From NCBI GenBank assembly GCA_963727525.1, contig CAVSGO010000007.1, forward strand, positions 1,189,393 to 1,253,392: DNA of 64,000 nt, given 5' to 3'. This stretch comes from an uncultured bacterium. Lineage in GTDB: Bacteria; Krumholzibacteriota; Krumholzibacteriia; LZORAL124-64-63. Below, piece after piece: positions 29,908 through 39,670 of this stretch. Position 1 is the stretch's first letter; the number at the start of each line of letters is the position of its first letter. The notes below the pieces were generated by a model. That model ran no database searches, was not told the DNA's origin, and saw only the letters and a program-made list of their open reading frames with translations. A program made the position numbers and the translations under genes.

Positions 29908-31260
29908 TCAGTCTCCCTTCGCGCCGAGGGCGCGCGCCGCCGCGGCGAAGGCCTCGCCGCGGTGGCGGTAGTCGCGAAACATGTCGAAGCTCGCGCACGC
30001 CGGGCTCAGCAGCACCGTCGCCTCCGGCGCGGCGAGCAGGGCAGCCAGGCGCACCGCCTCCTCCATGCTCGTGGTCGGATGCGTGGGCACCAGATCGCCG
30101 ACGGCGGCCGCAATGGCGGGCCCCTCCTCGCCGATCGTGACGACGGCCCGCACCTGGGCCATGGCGTCGCGCAGGGGCGTATAGTCCTCGCCCTTGCCCC
30201 GCCCGCCGGCGATGAGGACCACGTCGCCAGGGTAGTCGCGCAGGCCGGCGCACACCGCATGCACGTTGGTGGCCTTGGTATCGTCCACGAAGCGCACGCC
30301 GCCGAGCCGACCGACCGGCTGGTGGCGATGCGCCAGACCACGGAACGACCGCAGCCCCTCGGCGATGACGTCGGGCGCCAGGCCCAGCGGCAGGACCGCC
30401 GCCGCGCTGGCCAGCGCGTTGAGTACGTTGGGTGGCGACGGCAACGCGAGTTCGGACACGGCGAGCAGGCGTACGTCTTCGAGGAAGAGGTCGTCGCCGC
30501 GGCGATGCACGGTCGCACCGGCGTCGCGTGCGCCGAAGAGCACGCGCCGTCCTCGGTGCGACCAGGCCAGCGCCTCCGGGCAAGCCGTCCAGGTGACGAA
30601 GGCGCCGTCATCGGCCACGTGCTCGACGAGCCGCCGCTTCGCCGCGAAGTAGGCGGCGAGATCGGCGTAGCGGTCGAGGTGGTCGGGAGCTAGGTTCAGC
30701 ACCACGGCGACGGTCGGGCGGTAGGTGGCGATGGTCTCGAGCTGGAAGCTGCTGCACTCGATCACGGGGATCGCCTCGGGCGGGAGCGTATCGGCGACCA
30801 TGGCGAGGGGCTTGCCGAGGTTGCCGAGCCCCTCGGACACGAAGCCGGCCGTACACAGCAGGTGGGCGATCCAGGCCGTCGTCGTGGACTTGCCGTTGGT
30901 GCCGGTGACGGCCACGCTGCGGCCGCCGAAGACGCGGGCCGACCACTCCAGCTCGCCGTGCACGGGCACGCCCCGGGCGACCAGCTGCTGCAGACGCGGA
31001 TGCGCGAGGGAGACGCCCGGGCTGAGCACGACCGCGTCGATACTCGCGCGCAGCGCACCGTCCCAGTCGCCGCCCGTGTGCAGCGCGTCGAAGGCGTCGC
31101 CCGCGAGGTCGTCGGCCTGCCAGCGCGCGTCGACCCTGTCCTGCGGGGCGTCGTCCACACCCACGATGCGCGCACCGTGCCGGCGCAGCATGGCCGCCGC
31201 GGCGCAACCGCTGCGGGCCAGGCCCACCACCAGGATCGTCTTGCCGCGCACGTCGATCAC
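29908..31260 (-). CDS. murD: UDP-N-acetylmuramoylalanine--D-glutamate ligase
   Basis: MurD N-terminal Rossmann motif (ILVVGLARSG) and Mur ligase central GTNGKST. Confidence 0.9.
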   Translation of the reverse strand: MIDVRGKTILVVGLARSGCAAAAMLRRHGARIVGVDDAPQDRVDARWQADDLAGDAFDALHTGGDWDGALRASIDAVVLSPGVSLAHPRLQQLVARGVPVHGELEWSARVFGGRSVAVTGTNGKSTTTAWIAHLLCTAGFVSEGLGNLGKPLAMVADTLPPEAIPVIECSSFQLETIATYRPTVAVVLNLAPDHLDRYADLAAYFAAKRRLVEHVADDGAFVTWTACPEALAWSHRGRRVLFGARDAGATVHRRGDDLFLEDVRLLAVSELALPSPPNVLNALASAAAVLPLGLAPDVIAEGLRSFRGLAHRHQPVGRLGGVRFVDDTKATNVHAVCAGLRDYPGDVVLIAGGRGKGEDYTPLRDAMAQVRAVVTIGEEGPAIAAAVGDLVPTHPTTSMEEAVRLAALLAAPEATVLLSPACASFDMFRDYRHRGEAFAAAARALGAKGD

Positions 31261-31269
31261 GCCACGCTC

Positions 31270-32355
31270 CTACTGCAACTTGATGGTGCTCATGCTCAAC
31301 AGCGCGAGCAGGATGCCCACGATCCAGAAACGTACCACCACCTGCGTCTCCGACCAGCCGCTCAGCTCGAAGTGATGGTGCAGCGGTGCCATGCGGAAGA
31401 GACGCCGGCCCTTCGTCCAGCGGAAGAAGCTCACCTGGCAGATCACAGAGACCGCCTCGATCACGAACATACCGCCCACGATGACGAGCAGCAGCTCCTT
31501 CTTCACGAGAATGGCCACCGTGCCGAGCGCGCCGCCCAGCGCGAGGCTGCCGGTGTCGCCCATGAACACGCGCGCGGGATGCGCGTTGAACCAGAGGAAT
31601 CCCAGGGATGCGCCCACGACCGAGGCGCAGTACACCGTAAGCTCGCCGGCGCCGGGCAGGTAGAGGATGTTGAGATAGTCGGCGAAAACCTTGTTGCCCG
31701 ACAGGTACGACACGGCAGCGAAGGCCGCGAACGACAGCGCGCTCAGCCCGATGGCCAGGCCGTCGAGTCCGTCGGACAGGTTCACCGCGTTGCTCGTGCC
31801 GCTGACCACGAGCACGATGAGGGGGATATAGAACCAGCCCCAGTTGATGAGCAGATCCTTGAAGAACGGCACCGACGTCTTCGTGAGCACGGCGCTGCCG
31901 TCGCTCGTGATCAGGATGATGCCGAGCACCAGGCCGAAGCCCACCTGACCCGCCATCTTCACGCGGCCGACCATGCCCTTGGGCCGCTTCTTCACCACTT
32001 TCAGGTAGTCGTCGACAAAGCCCAGCGCCCCCATCCACACCGTGGCCAGCAACGCGAGCCGCACGTAGGTGCTATCGAGCCGCGCCCACAGCGCCGTGGG
32101 CACGACGATGGCGGTGAGGATCAGCAGCCCGCCCATCGTGGGCGTTCCCGCCTTGGCCTTGTGGTGGGCCGGCCCGTCCTCGCGGATGGTCTCGCCGAGT
32201 TGCATCGTGGCGAGCTTGCGGATGAGCCAGTCACCGAAGATGAAGGCGATGAGCAACGCCGTGATGGTGGCATAGGCGGCGCGGAAGGTGATGTACTGGA
32301 AGACGTTGAACACCGACCACTGGGTGTGTAGCGGATAGAGCAGGTGATAGAACAT
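31270..32355 (-). CDS. mraY: Phospho-N-acetylmuramoyl-pentapeptide transferase
   Basis: MraY signatures (KxGTPTMGG, DDx[20 protein letters not shown]). Confidence 0.95.
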   Translation of the reverse strand: MFYHLLYPLHTQWSVFNVFQYITFRAAYATITALLIAFIFGDWLIRKLATMQLGETIREDGPAHHKAKAGTPTMGGLLILTAIVVPTALWARLDSTYVRLALLATVWMGALGFVDDYLKVVKKRPKGMVGRVKMAGQVGFGLVLGIILITSDGSAVLTKTSVPFFKDLLINWGWFYIPLIVLVVSGTSNAVNLSDGLDGLAIGLSALSFAAFAAVSYLSGNKVFADYLNILYLPGAGELTVYCASVVGASLGFLWFNAHPARVFMGDTGSLALGGALGTVAILVKKELLLVIVGGMFVIEAVSVICQVSFFRWTKGRRLFRMAPLHHHFELSGWSETQVVVRFWIVGILLALLSMSTIKLQ

Positions 32356-32361
32356 CGGCCG

Positions 32362-33783
32362 TCACTCCGGGGCGTCGGGGCCAGGCCAGCGCCGCGCCAG
32401 TTCGTCGATGAGTTTCTCCATGGCCGACGAGCGCGAACCCTTGACGAGGATGCGATCGCCCGGCGATGTCGCGGCGGCCAGTACGTCGGCCGCCCGGGCA
32501 TGCGTCGCGCAATACTCGGCGATCCCGCCGCCCTCGTCAAACCCCGCGACGAGCGGCCGCGCCGCTTCGCCCACGGCCACCAGGCGGGCGATGCCGAGCG
32601 CCGCGAGGGCGTGTCCGGTCTCGTGGTGCAGTATCGCGCTCCGGTCGCCCAGCTCGCCCATCGCGCCCACGGCCGCCCAGGCGACGCCGCCCTGCAGGGT
32701 GAGGAGCGCCGCGGCGGCTCCGCGTAGACTCTCCGGGTTGGCATTGTAACAGTCATCGAGCAGCACGCGCCCGCCCAGGCGCCGCACATGGCCCCGGTGC
32801 GGCGACGGCGCGAAGGACGCCAGGCCGCGGGCGATCGCGGCGTCGTCGACGCCGGCGGCGCGCGCCGCGAGCACGGCGGCGGCGAGGTTGGCGGCGTTGT
32901 GCTCGCCCGGCAGCGGCACCGCCCAGGTGGTGTCGTCAAGGTGCAGCCAGCCGGCCGGTTCGCCGGCGCCCGGTTCCCAGCGCCAGCGATGATCGCCGCC
33001 GTCGCGGCCGAAGGTCACGACCGGCCCATGCGCCCGCTCCTGCCAGTCGGAAAAACCCGGACTGTCGTGGTTGAGGATGGCCACGCCGTCCGGCGGCAGC
33101 ACGTCGAGCATCTCCCCCTTGCCGCGGATCACTCCGGCGAGGGAGCCGAAACCGGCCAGGTGCGCCGCCGCGGCGTTGGTGATGATGCCGATCGCCGGCT
33201 GCGCCAGGGCGCCGAGCGCAGCGATCTCGCCCACGGCGGACGCGCCCATCTCGACCACGGCGTAGCGGTGGGTGGCATTCAGGCCAAGGAGCGTGAGGGG
33301 CACCCCGAGATCGTTGTTCAGGTTGCGGGCCGTCGCGTGCACGGGCCCCGCCGCCGACAGGCAGGCAACGAGCAGATCCTTGGTCGTGGTCTTGCCGTTG
33401 GTGCCGGTGACGCCGATCACGTGCACCGTCGTCTGACGCGCGCGCCAGCACGCGGCCAGGCGGGCCAGCGCGGCGCGTGGCCGCGGGCTCACGAGCACGG
33501 TGCCGTGGTCGGGCAGCGTGGTGGGGTCGACCTCGTCCGAGAGCGCGCAGGCACCCGCCGCGAGCGCGCTCGCGATGAACGCGCGCCCGTCGACGTGCTC
33601 GCCCGGCAGCGCCACGAAGAGCACGTCGGTCGTGACCTGGCGCGAGTCGAGGACCGCGCCGGCGAAGGCTCCGCACAGCGCCGCGGCGTGCACCTCGCGA
33701 CCACCGGCGAGGGCCCGCGACAGGAGCCCGGCTGCGGCCAGTTCGGTCGCGGCCTCTCGCAGGCGGTAGCGTGTCTCAGGCAT
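32362..33783 (-). CDS. murF: UDP-MurNAc-tripeptide--D-Ala-D-Ala ligase
   Basis: MurF with GVTGTNGKTTTK. ATG at 33783 overlaps the murE 3' end by 8 nt. The ORF-track N-terminal extension is an artefact. Confidence 0.85.
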   Translation of the reverse strand: MPETRYRLREAATELAAAGLLSRALAGGREVHAAALCGAFAGAVLDSRQVTTDVLFVALPGEHVDGRAFIASALAAGACALSDEVDPTTLPDHGTVLVSPRPRAALARLAACWRARQTTVHVIGVTGTNGKTTTKDLLVACLSAAGPVHATARNLNNDLGVPLTLLGLNATHRYAVVEMGASAVGEIAALGALAQPAIGIITNAAAAHLAGFGSLAGVIRGKGEMLDVLPPDGVAILNHDSPGFSDWQERAHGPVVTFGRDGGDHRWRWEPGAGEPAGWLHLDDTTWAVPLPGEHNAANLAAAVLAARAAGVDDAAIARGLASFAPSPHRGHVRRLGGRVLLDDCYNANPESLRGAAAALLTLQGGVAWAAVGAMGELGDRSAILHHETGHALAALGIARLVAVGEAARPLVAGFDEGGGIAEYCATHARAADVLAAATSPGDRILVKGSRSSAMEKLIDELARRWPGPDAPE

Positions 33784-35287
33784 GATTCTCGATCCAATCG
33801 GAGACGACCTCGCGATCGTCCAGGTGCAGGCGGCGCGACGCGATGAGCTGGTAGTCCTCGTGGCCCTTGCCCGCGATGACGACGATGTCGTCCGCTGCCG
33901 CCGCCGCGAGGGCGGCCGCGATCGCGCTACGCCGGTCCAGTTCCACGACCCGTCCGCGCGCACGTGTCGATGACGCCGCATCGAAACCGGCGACGATCTC
34001 GGCCGCGATGGCGGCCGGATCCTCGCTGCGCGGATTATCGGACGTGATCCAGACAAGATCGGCGAGTTCGGCGGCAACGCCGCCCATCAGCGGCCGCTTG
34101 CCGCGGTCGCGATCGCCCCCGCAGCCGAAGACCACGAGCAGCCGGCCGCGCGTCAGCTCGCGGCAGGTGGTGAGCACGGCCGCCAGCGCGTCGTGGGTGT
34201 GCGCGTAATCGACCACCGCGAGCCCGCCGGCGGGCAGGACGAAGCGTTCGAGCCGACCGGGCACCTGCGGCATGTCGGCGAGGGCGTCGACGCAGGCGTC
34301 GGGCGCGTGGCCGAGCGCGAGTCCGGCGGCGAGGGCCGCGGCGAGATTTTCCACGTTGAACCGGCCGACCAGCGGGCTGCGCAGCGCGAGAGCCCGGCCA
34401 CGCCAGTCGAGGCGCAGGGCGATGCCGCCGGCGTCCAGCCGGGCGTCGGTGACGCGCAGATCGGCGTCCACGTGGGAGCCGGTCGCGAAACGCACGACCT
34501 CGAGCCCTGTGGTGTCGAGAGCCGCGAACGCCGGGTCACCGGCGTTGATCACGGCCATGCCCGTTGCCTTGCCACGCCGCGGACCGTCGCGCAATAGTTC
34601 GAGGATCCGCGCTTTCGCCGCGAGGTAGCTCGCGAGGTCGTGGTGATAGTCGAGGTGGTCGCGACCGAGGTTCGTGAAGACCGCCACGTCGAGGGCCAGC
34701 TCGCCGGTGCGCTCCTGGTCGAGGGCGTGCGACGACACCTCCATCGCCGCGGCGCGGCAGCCGCCGGCGACCATGCGCCCGAGCCAGTGGAAGAGCACCG
34801 GGCCTCCCGGCGTGGTGAGCGGCGCAGGAAGCTGCGTGTGCCCATCATCGTAACGGATGGTGCCGAGCAGGCCGCACGGTCCCACCAGACTGGCCAGCAT
34901 GTCTCGCATGAGGAACGCCACGGTGGTCTTGCCGTTCGTACCGGTGACACCGGCGACAGTGAGCCGGGAGTCCGGTCGTCCCTCGCACTCGCGCGCCAGG
35001 CGGGCAGGCAACCCATGGGTGCTGGGGGCCACCACCCAGGCGGCGGGTTCGCGGTCGGTCAGGGACGACCGGACCTCCTCGTGACGGGCGGCGTCGATCG
35101 CCACGGCGGCCGCGCCCTGGGCAAGCGCAGCGTCCACGAAGCGATGACCGTCCCGTACTGCCACGAAGAGCGAGTCAGGACCTGCCTGACGGGAATCTTC
35201 GGTGACGCGGGCGATGGCCTCATCGGCTCGCCCGAAGATCTCGAGGTCTGGCCAGGGCGCGCACAGCGCATTCAACGCGCTGCCCAC
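33776..35287 (-). CDS. murE: UDP-MurNAc-L-Ala-D-Glu--2,6-diaminopimelate ligase
   Basis: GVTGTNGKTT, DNPR and other MurE motifs. The N-terminus LNALCAPW aligns with E. coli MurE LRDLLAPW, so GTG at 35287 is chosen; the start is uncertain to within about 15 nt. Confidence 0.85.
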   Translation of the reverse strand: MGSALNALCAPWPDLEIFGRADEAIARVTEDSRQAGPDSLFVAVRDGHRFVDAALAQGAAAVAIDAARHEEVRSSLTDREPAAWVVAPSTHGLPARLARECEGRPDSRLTVAGVTGTNGKTTVAFLMRDMLASLVGPCGLLGTIRYDDGHTQLPAPLTTPGGPVLFHWLGRMVAGGCRAAAMEVSSHALDQERTGELALDVAVFTNLGRDHLDYHHDLASYLAAKARILELLRDGPRRGKATGMAVINAGDPAFAALDTTGLEVVRFATGSHVDADLRVTDARLDAGGIALRLDWRGRALALRSPLVGRFNVENLAAALAAGLALGHAPDACVDALADMPQVPGRLERFVLPAGGLAVVDYAHTHDALAAVLTTCRELTRGRLLVVFGCGGDRDRGKRPLMGGVAAELADLVWITSDNPRSEDPAAIAAEIVAGFDAASSTRARGRVVELDRRSAIAAALAAAAADDIVVIAGKGHEDYQLIASRRLHLDDREVVSDWIENHA

Positions 35288-37377
35288 GTCGACTCCATCG
35301 TCACGACCAGTCCGTCGGACGGCAGCGGTTCGCCCGCAGCCGGCGCCTGCGACACCACGTAGCCCACGCCGTCGATGCGCACGGCGATGCCGAGTCGCGC
35401 GGCGAGGGCCTGCACCTGGCGGTTGCTCAGTCCGCCGAGATCGGGGCACACGGCCGCCGTCTGGGGCGCCACGGTCGTGCCGCGCACCGTCAGCACCACG
35501 GTGCTGCCGGTTGCGATGCGGGTGCCCGGTGCTGGAACCTGCTGCAGGACGATGCCGTTCTTGTCGGCGCCGTCCACCAGCAGGCCGGCGGCGACGAGCC
35601 GCGCCGTGGCGACCGGGCTACTCAGATAGAGCACGTCGGGGACGGTGAGCCGCGCGCCAGGCGGATCCATGGCCAGGCGGACGCTCCCACGGTCGAGATC
35701 GGTGAGCCAATCGGTGCTGCGGCGGATCTCCTGCACCACCTGGCCGAAGAGCGGCACGGCGCTCTGGGCCGCGTAGTGATGCCAGCCCCGCGGCTCGTCC
35801 AGCACGGTGAGGATCACGAGACGGGGGGCGTCCCATGGCACGATTCCCGCGAACGTGGCCACGTACTTGTTCGGCGCGTAGCCGCGGCCGTCGACGCTCT
35901 TCTGCGCCGTGCCCGTCTTGCCGCCGAGGGCGATCCAGTCCCGTTGCGCGGCCACGCCGGTGCCCGACGACACGACGCGCGCCATCGCCGTGCGCAGCGT
36001 GCGTGCCAGTGCCGGCGGCATCACCATGCGCAGCGGCGTGGGCGGACAATGGCGCACGAGACTGCCGTCCTGATCGCGAATCTCGCGCACGAGGCGTGGC
36101 GCGAAGAGCGTGCCTCCGTTCGCCACCGCCGCCACGGCCAGGCCGAGTTGCAGGGGCGTGACGGCCACCTCCTGACCGATCGCCATCGTCGCCTGCGACC
36201 GTCCCGACCACTGCGCAGGCGCATGCAGCAGCCCGGCCGGTTCGACCGGGTAGGGCGCGTTCGTGCGCTGGCCGAACCCGAAGGTCTGCAGGTCGCGGTA
36301 GAACTCGCGTGGTGTGAGGTTGGCCACGGCCCGTGCGAAGAACACGTTGCTCGACTTCGCAAAGGCGTCCATGAAGCTGGTGCGACCGAACTCGTGGCCA
36401 TCCGCCTCGCGGATGACGAAGCGGTCGAAGTGGCCGTCGGCGCAGTCGATCGTGGTGGCCGTGTCGATGGCGCCTGCTCCGAGCAGCGAGGCGGCGGTGA
36501 AGATCTTGAAGACCGAGCCCGGCTCGTACTGGAAGCTGAAGTTGCGGTTGTTCCACATCGCCGCATCCGTCACGCGTGCGGTGCGGTCGGCCAGGGTGGG
36601 CCAACTCGCTGCGGCCAGCACGTCGCCGCAGCTCGGATCGATGATGAGCACCGAACCACCGGCTGCGCCGTACTCGCTGACCGCGCGGGTGAGCTGCGAC
36701 TCGCAGATCTCCTGCAGGTCCGCATCGATCGTCAGCTCGACGTCGTGACCGTGTACCGCCGGCGTGACCACCACGTCACCGAGGTTGCGGCGCGGATCGG
36801 CTGAACGCAGACGGATCGCGCGTCCGGGTTGACCGGCCAGCAGCGCGTCGAGGCCGCACTCGAGGCCAGCGGTGCGCTCGTCGCCCCGGGAATCCTGGTG
36901 GTAGAAGCCGATGAGAGACGCCCCGACACCATCCAGCGGATACACGCGCGCGCTGCCCTCGTCGATGGTGATCGCGGGAAAGCGGCGCAACGCCTCCTGC
37001 TGCGCAGGCTCGAGGAACGCATCGCGCCGCAGCGGCAAGAACGCGCCATGCGCCTTCGTGATACGCCGCGCGAGCGCCGCCGGATCCATCCCGACCACAG
37101 GGCCGAGCACCCTGGCGAGCGGCAGCGGATCCTCCACTCGACTCGTGGCGACGCCCAGGGTCGTGGCCGTGACCGACAGCGCGAGGGGCCGCCCGTGGCG
37201 ATCGAAGATGTCGCCGCGGCGCGGCGCCAGCGTGTGGGCCTTCACCCACTGCGCATCGGCCAGCTCGCGGTAGTTCGTGTGTTCGAGGACCTGGACCTGG
37301 ATGAGGCGCGCCACGAGGAGGAGCCCGCCGAGCAGCACGAGTCCGCGGGCCACGCCGAATCGCGCGCGTGTGGTCAT
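35272..37377 (-). CDS. ftsI: Peptidoglycan D,D-transpeptidase FtsI (class B PBP) with two C-terminal PASTA domains
   Basis: N-terminal TM, dimerisation domain, transpeptidase motifs (SxxK: SVFK; SxN; KTG: GKTGTA) and two C-terminal PASTA-like repeats (VPDVLYLSSPVATARLVAAGL...; CPDLGGLSNRQVQALAARLGI...). Confidence 0.85.
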   Translation of the reverse strand: MTTRARFGVARGLVLLGGLLLVARLIQVQVLEHTNYRELADAQWVKAHTLAPRRGDIFDRHGRPLALSVTATTLGVATSRVEDPLPLARVLGPVVGMDPAALARRITKAHGAFLPLRRDAFLEPAQQEALRRFPAITIDEGSARVYPLDGVGASLIGFYHQDSRGDERTAGLECGLDALLAGQPGRAIRLRSADPRRNLGDVVVTPAVHGHDVELTIDADLQEICESQLTRAVSEYGAAGGSVLIIDPSCGDVLAAASWPTLADRTARVTDAAMWNNRNFSFQYEPGSVFKIFTAASLLGAGAIDTATTIDCADGHFDRFVIREADGHEFGRTSFMDAFAKSSNVFFARAVANLTPREFYRDLQTFGFGQRTNAPYPVEPAGLLHAPAQWSGRSQATMAIGQEVAVTPLQLGLAVAAVANGGTLFAPRLVREIRDQDGSLVRHCPPTPLRMVMPPALARTLRTAMARVVSSGTGVAAQRDWIALGGKTGTAQKSVDGRGYAPNKYVATFAGIVPWDAPRLVILTVLDEPRGWHHYAAQSAVPLFGQVVQEIRRSTDWLTDLDRGSVRLAMDPPGARLTVPDVLYLSSPVATARLVAAGLLVDGADKNGIVLQQVPAPGTRIATGSTVVLTVRGTTVAPQTAAVCPDLGGLSNRQVQALAARLGIAVRIDGVGYVVSQAPAAGEPLPSDGLVVTMESTWAAR

Positions 37378-37826
37378 GGCCGCTCCACCCCTGCGGTGGC
37401 GGCCGCGACAGCATCACCGCCGCCGACGTTGCGCAGTACGCGTCGCCACAGATGACCACCACCATGGTGGTTAGGCGTGACCATGACCAGGACCTGCCCC
37501 GGGTCGTCGGGATTGATCATACCCAGCTCGCGGCACGCACGGTCGACCACGACGAGGCGCGACGATGTCTCGTTCCAGCGCGCGGTGAGCACCGCATGCC
37601 GGGTGATGAGCGCGGTACGCTCGCGGGTGAGCGCGCCGATCTCGCTGCGCGCGCGCGTGACCTGGTTGCCGAGAAAGATCGCCGCGGCGAGACCGGCCAC
37701 GACGAGCATCCCGGCGATGACGCCGCACATCACGGGGCGGCCGAGGGTGGCCCGTCGCCGCGCCATCGTGCGCGGGATCTGGCGGGTGGCACCGGTGAAG
37801 AGCCCGGCGACGGTCTGGGTGGTCAC
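37374..37826 (-). CDS. ftsL: Cell division protein FtsL
   Basis: Small bitopic protein (TM GVIAGMLVVAGLAAAIFLG, then coiled-coil) sitting between rsmH and ftsI. GTG at 37826 overlaps the rsmH stop (GTGA). An ATG at 37766 is the alternative start. Confidence 0.55.
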   Translation of the reverse strand: MTTQTVAGLFTGATRQIPRTMARRRATLGRPVMCGVIAGMLVVAGLAAAIFLGNQVTRARSEIGALTRERTALITRHAVLTARWNETSSRLVVVDRACRELGMINPDDPGQVLVMVTPNHHGGGHLWRRVLRNVGGGDAVAAATAGVERP

Positions 37827-38767
37827 GGCGAGCTCCTTGCGGCCGGGGCCAGAACGCGAACCGCGCGCAGCTTGGCGCTGCGCGCGCGTGGATTTTCGGC
37901 GATCTCCGCCGCACCGGGTGTCACGGGGCGGCGCGTGAGCGGCTCGAGCGTGCGCGTGTGTCCGCAGATGCACACCGGCACCGACGGTGGGCACAGACAG
38001 TCGCGCCGCTCGCGATCGATCCAGCGCTTGACGATGCGATCCTCGAGCGAGTGGTAGGCGATGACGACGACGCGCGCGCCGCCGCCAAGCAGCGCGGGCA
38101 GGGCATCGAGGGTGTCGGCGAGGGCCCCCAGCTCGTCGTTGACGGCGATGCGCAGGGCCTGGAACACGCGGCTGAGCACGGCGTTGACGGGCGCCCCCCT
38201 GGGGAGCGCCGTGGTCACGACCTCGCGCAACTGCGCCGTGGTGCGGATCGGCTCCGTCCGACCCGCACCCTTGATGGCCCTTGCCAGTGGCCGCGCTCCG
38301 CGCTCCTCTCCGTATTCTTGCAGGATCCTGGTGAGTGCCATCTCGTCCAGTTCCTCGAGCAGAGCGTGAGCGGGCTGGCCTCGATGCTGGTGGAAGCGCA
38401 AGTCCAGCGGGCCGTCGGCGCGATACGTGAACCCCTTCGTGGGATCGTCGAGCTGCCGCGAGCTGACACCCAGATCCAGCAACAGACCATCCGCACCCTG
38501 CCAGTGCGTATCCGCCAGCGCCTGCGCGATCTGGCGGAAACTCCCATGCCAGCAGTTCAGCCCGGAGCGGTCGGCCGAGATCCGTCTGCATGACGCGACC
38601 GCTTCCTCGTCGAGGTCCAGTCCCAGGACGGTGGCTCCGGCGTCCAGCAGCGCCTGGCTGTGCCCGCCGAATCCGAAGGTCCCGTCGACGATCCGCTTGC
38701 CCGGTCCCGGCTCGAGCCAGCCGAGGACCTCATCCGTGAGCACCGGGACATGCAGCGGCTCGTTCAT
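37823..38767 (-). CDS. rsmH: 16S rRNA (cytosine1402-N4)-methyltransferase RsmH (MraW)
   Basis: MNEPLHVPVLTDEVL...DGTFGFGGHS...DLGVSS motifs. ATG at 38767 overlaps the stop of the upstream STAS-like gene (ATGA). Confidence 0.9.
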   Translation of the reverse strand: MNEPLHVPVLTDEVLGWLEPGPGKRIVDGTFGFGGHSQALLDAGATVLGLDLDEEAVASCRRISADRSGLNCWHGSFRQIAQALADTHWQGADGLLLDLGVSSRQLDDPTKGFTYRADGPLDLRFHQHRGQPAHALLEELDEMALTRILQEYGEERGARPLARAIKGAGRTEPIRTTAQLREVVTTALPRGAPVNAVLSRVFQALRIAVNDELGALADTLDALPALLGGGARVVVIAYHSLEDRIVKRWIDRERRDCLCPPSVPVCICGHTRTLEPLTRRPVTPGAAEIAENPRARSAKLRAVRVLAPAARSSP

Positions 38768-39168
38768 GCCGACTGGACGGGCTGAGTGCCTGCCACCACC
38801 TTCCAACCTTGCGGCAACCACGTGCCGCGCTCGAGTTCGCGATCCCAGTCCTCCATGGCCAGGATCGCATCGAGATACGCGCTCCAACCGACGAGCCGCA
38901 GGCAGTGGCCGAAGGACCGGAGGCCCCGGCTCCAGCGGATCAGCGGCGAGACGCAGCGGTAGTCCATGTGCAGGAGACGCCGGCCGTCAAACACGAGCTG
39001 GCAGCTGCGCGCTGGCAACGCCAGGCTCACCTGGCGCATCAATTCCTGACAACCGTCACGATCGAGGATGCCGGCGAGGGAAACCCGGACCAGGTCGCCA
39101 CGCTGATTGATGCGAAACACGAGAGCCCCTGCCTTCGCAGCGGCCGGCCGGATCTCACCTCGCGGCAT
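38764..39168 (-). CDS. STAS-domain-like small protein (anti-sigma-factor-antagonist-like), inserted between mraZ and rsmH
   Basis: AAGGAG RBS 5 nt upstream of ATG at 39168. The 134-aa product has STAS-like topology (…LVFRINQRGDLVRVSLAGILD…SCQLVFDGRRLLHMDYRCVSPLIRWSRGLRSFGHCLRLVGWSAYLDAIL). The position aligned to the phospho-Ser of DSSG is Tyr/Arg. The upstream roughly 170 codons of ORF-track 38764..39675 are rejected as a high-GC artefact. Confidence 0.5.
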   Translation of the reverse strand: MPRGEIRPAAAKAGALVFRINQRGDLVRVSLAGILDRDGCQELMRQVSLALPARSCQLVFDGRRLLHMDYRCVSPLIRWSRGLRSFGHCLRLVGWSAYLDAILAMEDWDRELERGTWLPQGWKVVAGTQPVQSA

Positions 39169-39206
39169 GTGGGCTCCTTCCCATGACGTCACCCCTCCAT
39201 GGGCGA

Positions 39207-39656
39207 TCAACCGAAGAACGTATCCAGGTGCGCGGACGCCGGCGCGCCCAGCGTGGCCTCGACGATGGCGTAGCGCTCCGGATCCCAGAGCTCGATGTAG
39301 TGCCCCATGCCGATGCACAGGACGCGGCCCGTCACGCCGACGGTCTGCAACAACTCGTTGGGCACCGCCACGCGCCCCTGGCTGTCGGGCACGATCAGCT
39401 GGCTCACCTTGCTGAGTCCGCGCAGCACCATGCGCTTGTCGCGTCCCGCCTCGCCCGTCTGCGCCACCTTGTCGAAGGCCGCGACGAAGGCATCCCGGGG
39501 CATGAGATTCAGCGATCCATCGGGTCCCTTGGTGATCACGAATCCGTCGTCCTTTGCGGCCTTCGCACCCCGGCGCAGCTTGAACGGCAGGTTGAACCGC
39601 CCCTTGGGGTCCACCGCGCGCTCGTAGGAGCCGAAGTATGTGGATTCGCTCATCAT
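39207..39656 (-). CDS. mraZ: Transcriptional regulator MraZ
   Basis: Two SpoVT/AbrB-like halves with DxxxR motifs (DPKGRFNLP..., DSQGRVAVP...). It is the first gene of the dcw cluster. Confidence 0.85.
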   Translation of the reverse strand: MMSESTYFGSYERAVDPKGRFNLPFKLRRGAKAAKDDGFVITKGPDGSLNLMPRDAFVAAFDKVAQTGEAGRDKRMVLRGLSKVSQLIVPDSQGRVAVPNELLQTVGVTGRVLCIGMGHYIELWDPERYAIVEATLGAPASAHLDTFFG

Positions 39657-39670
39657 CGAAACCTGTTTTC

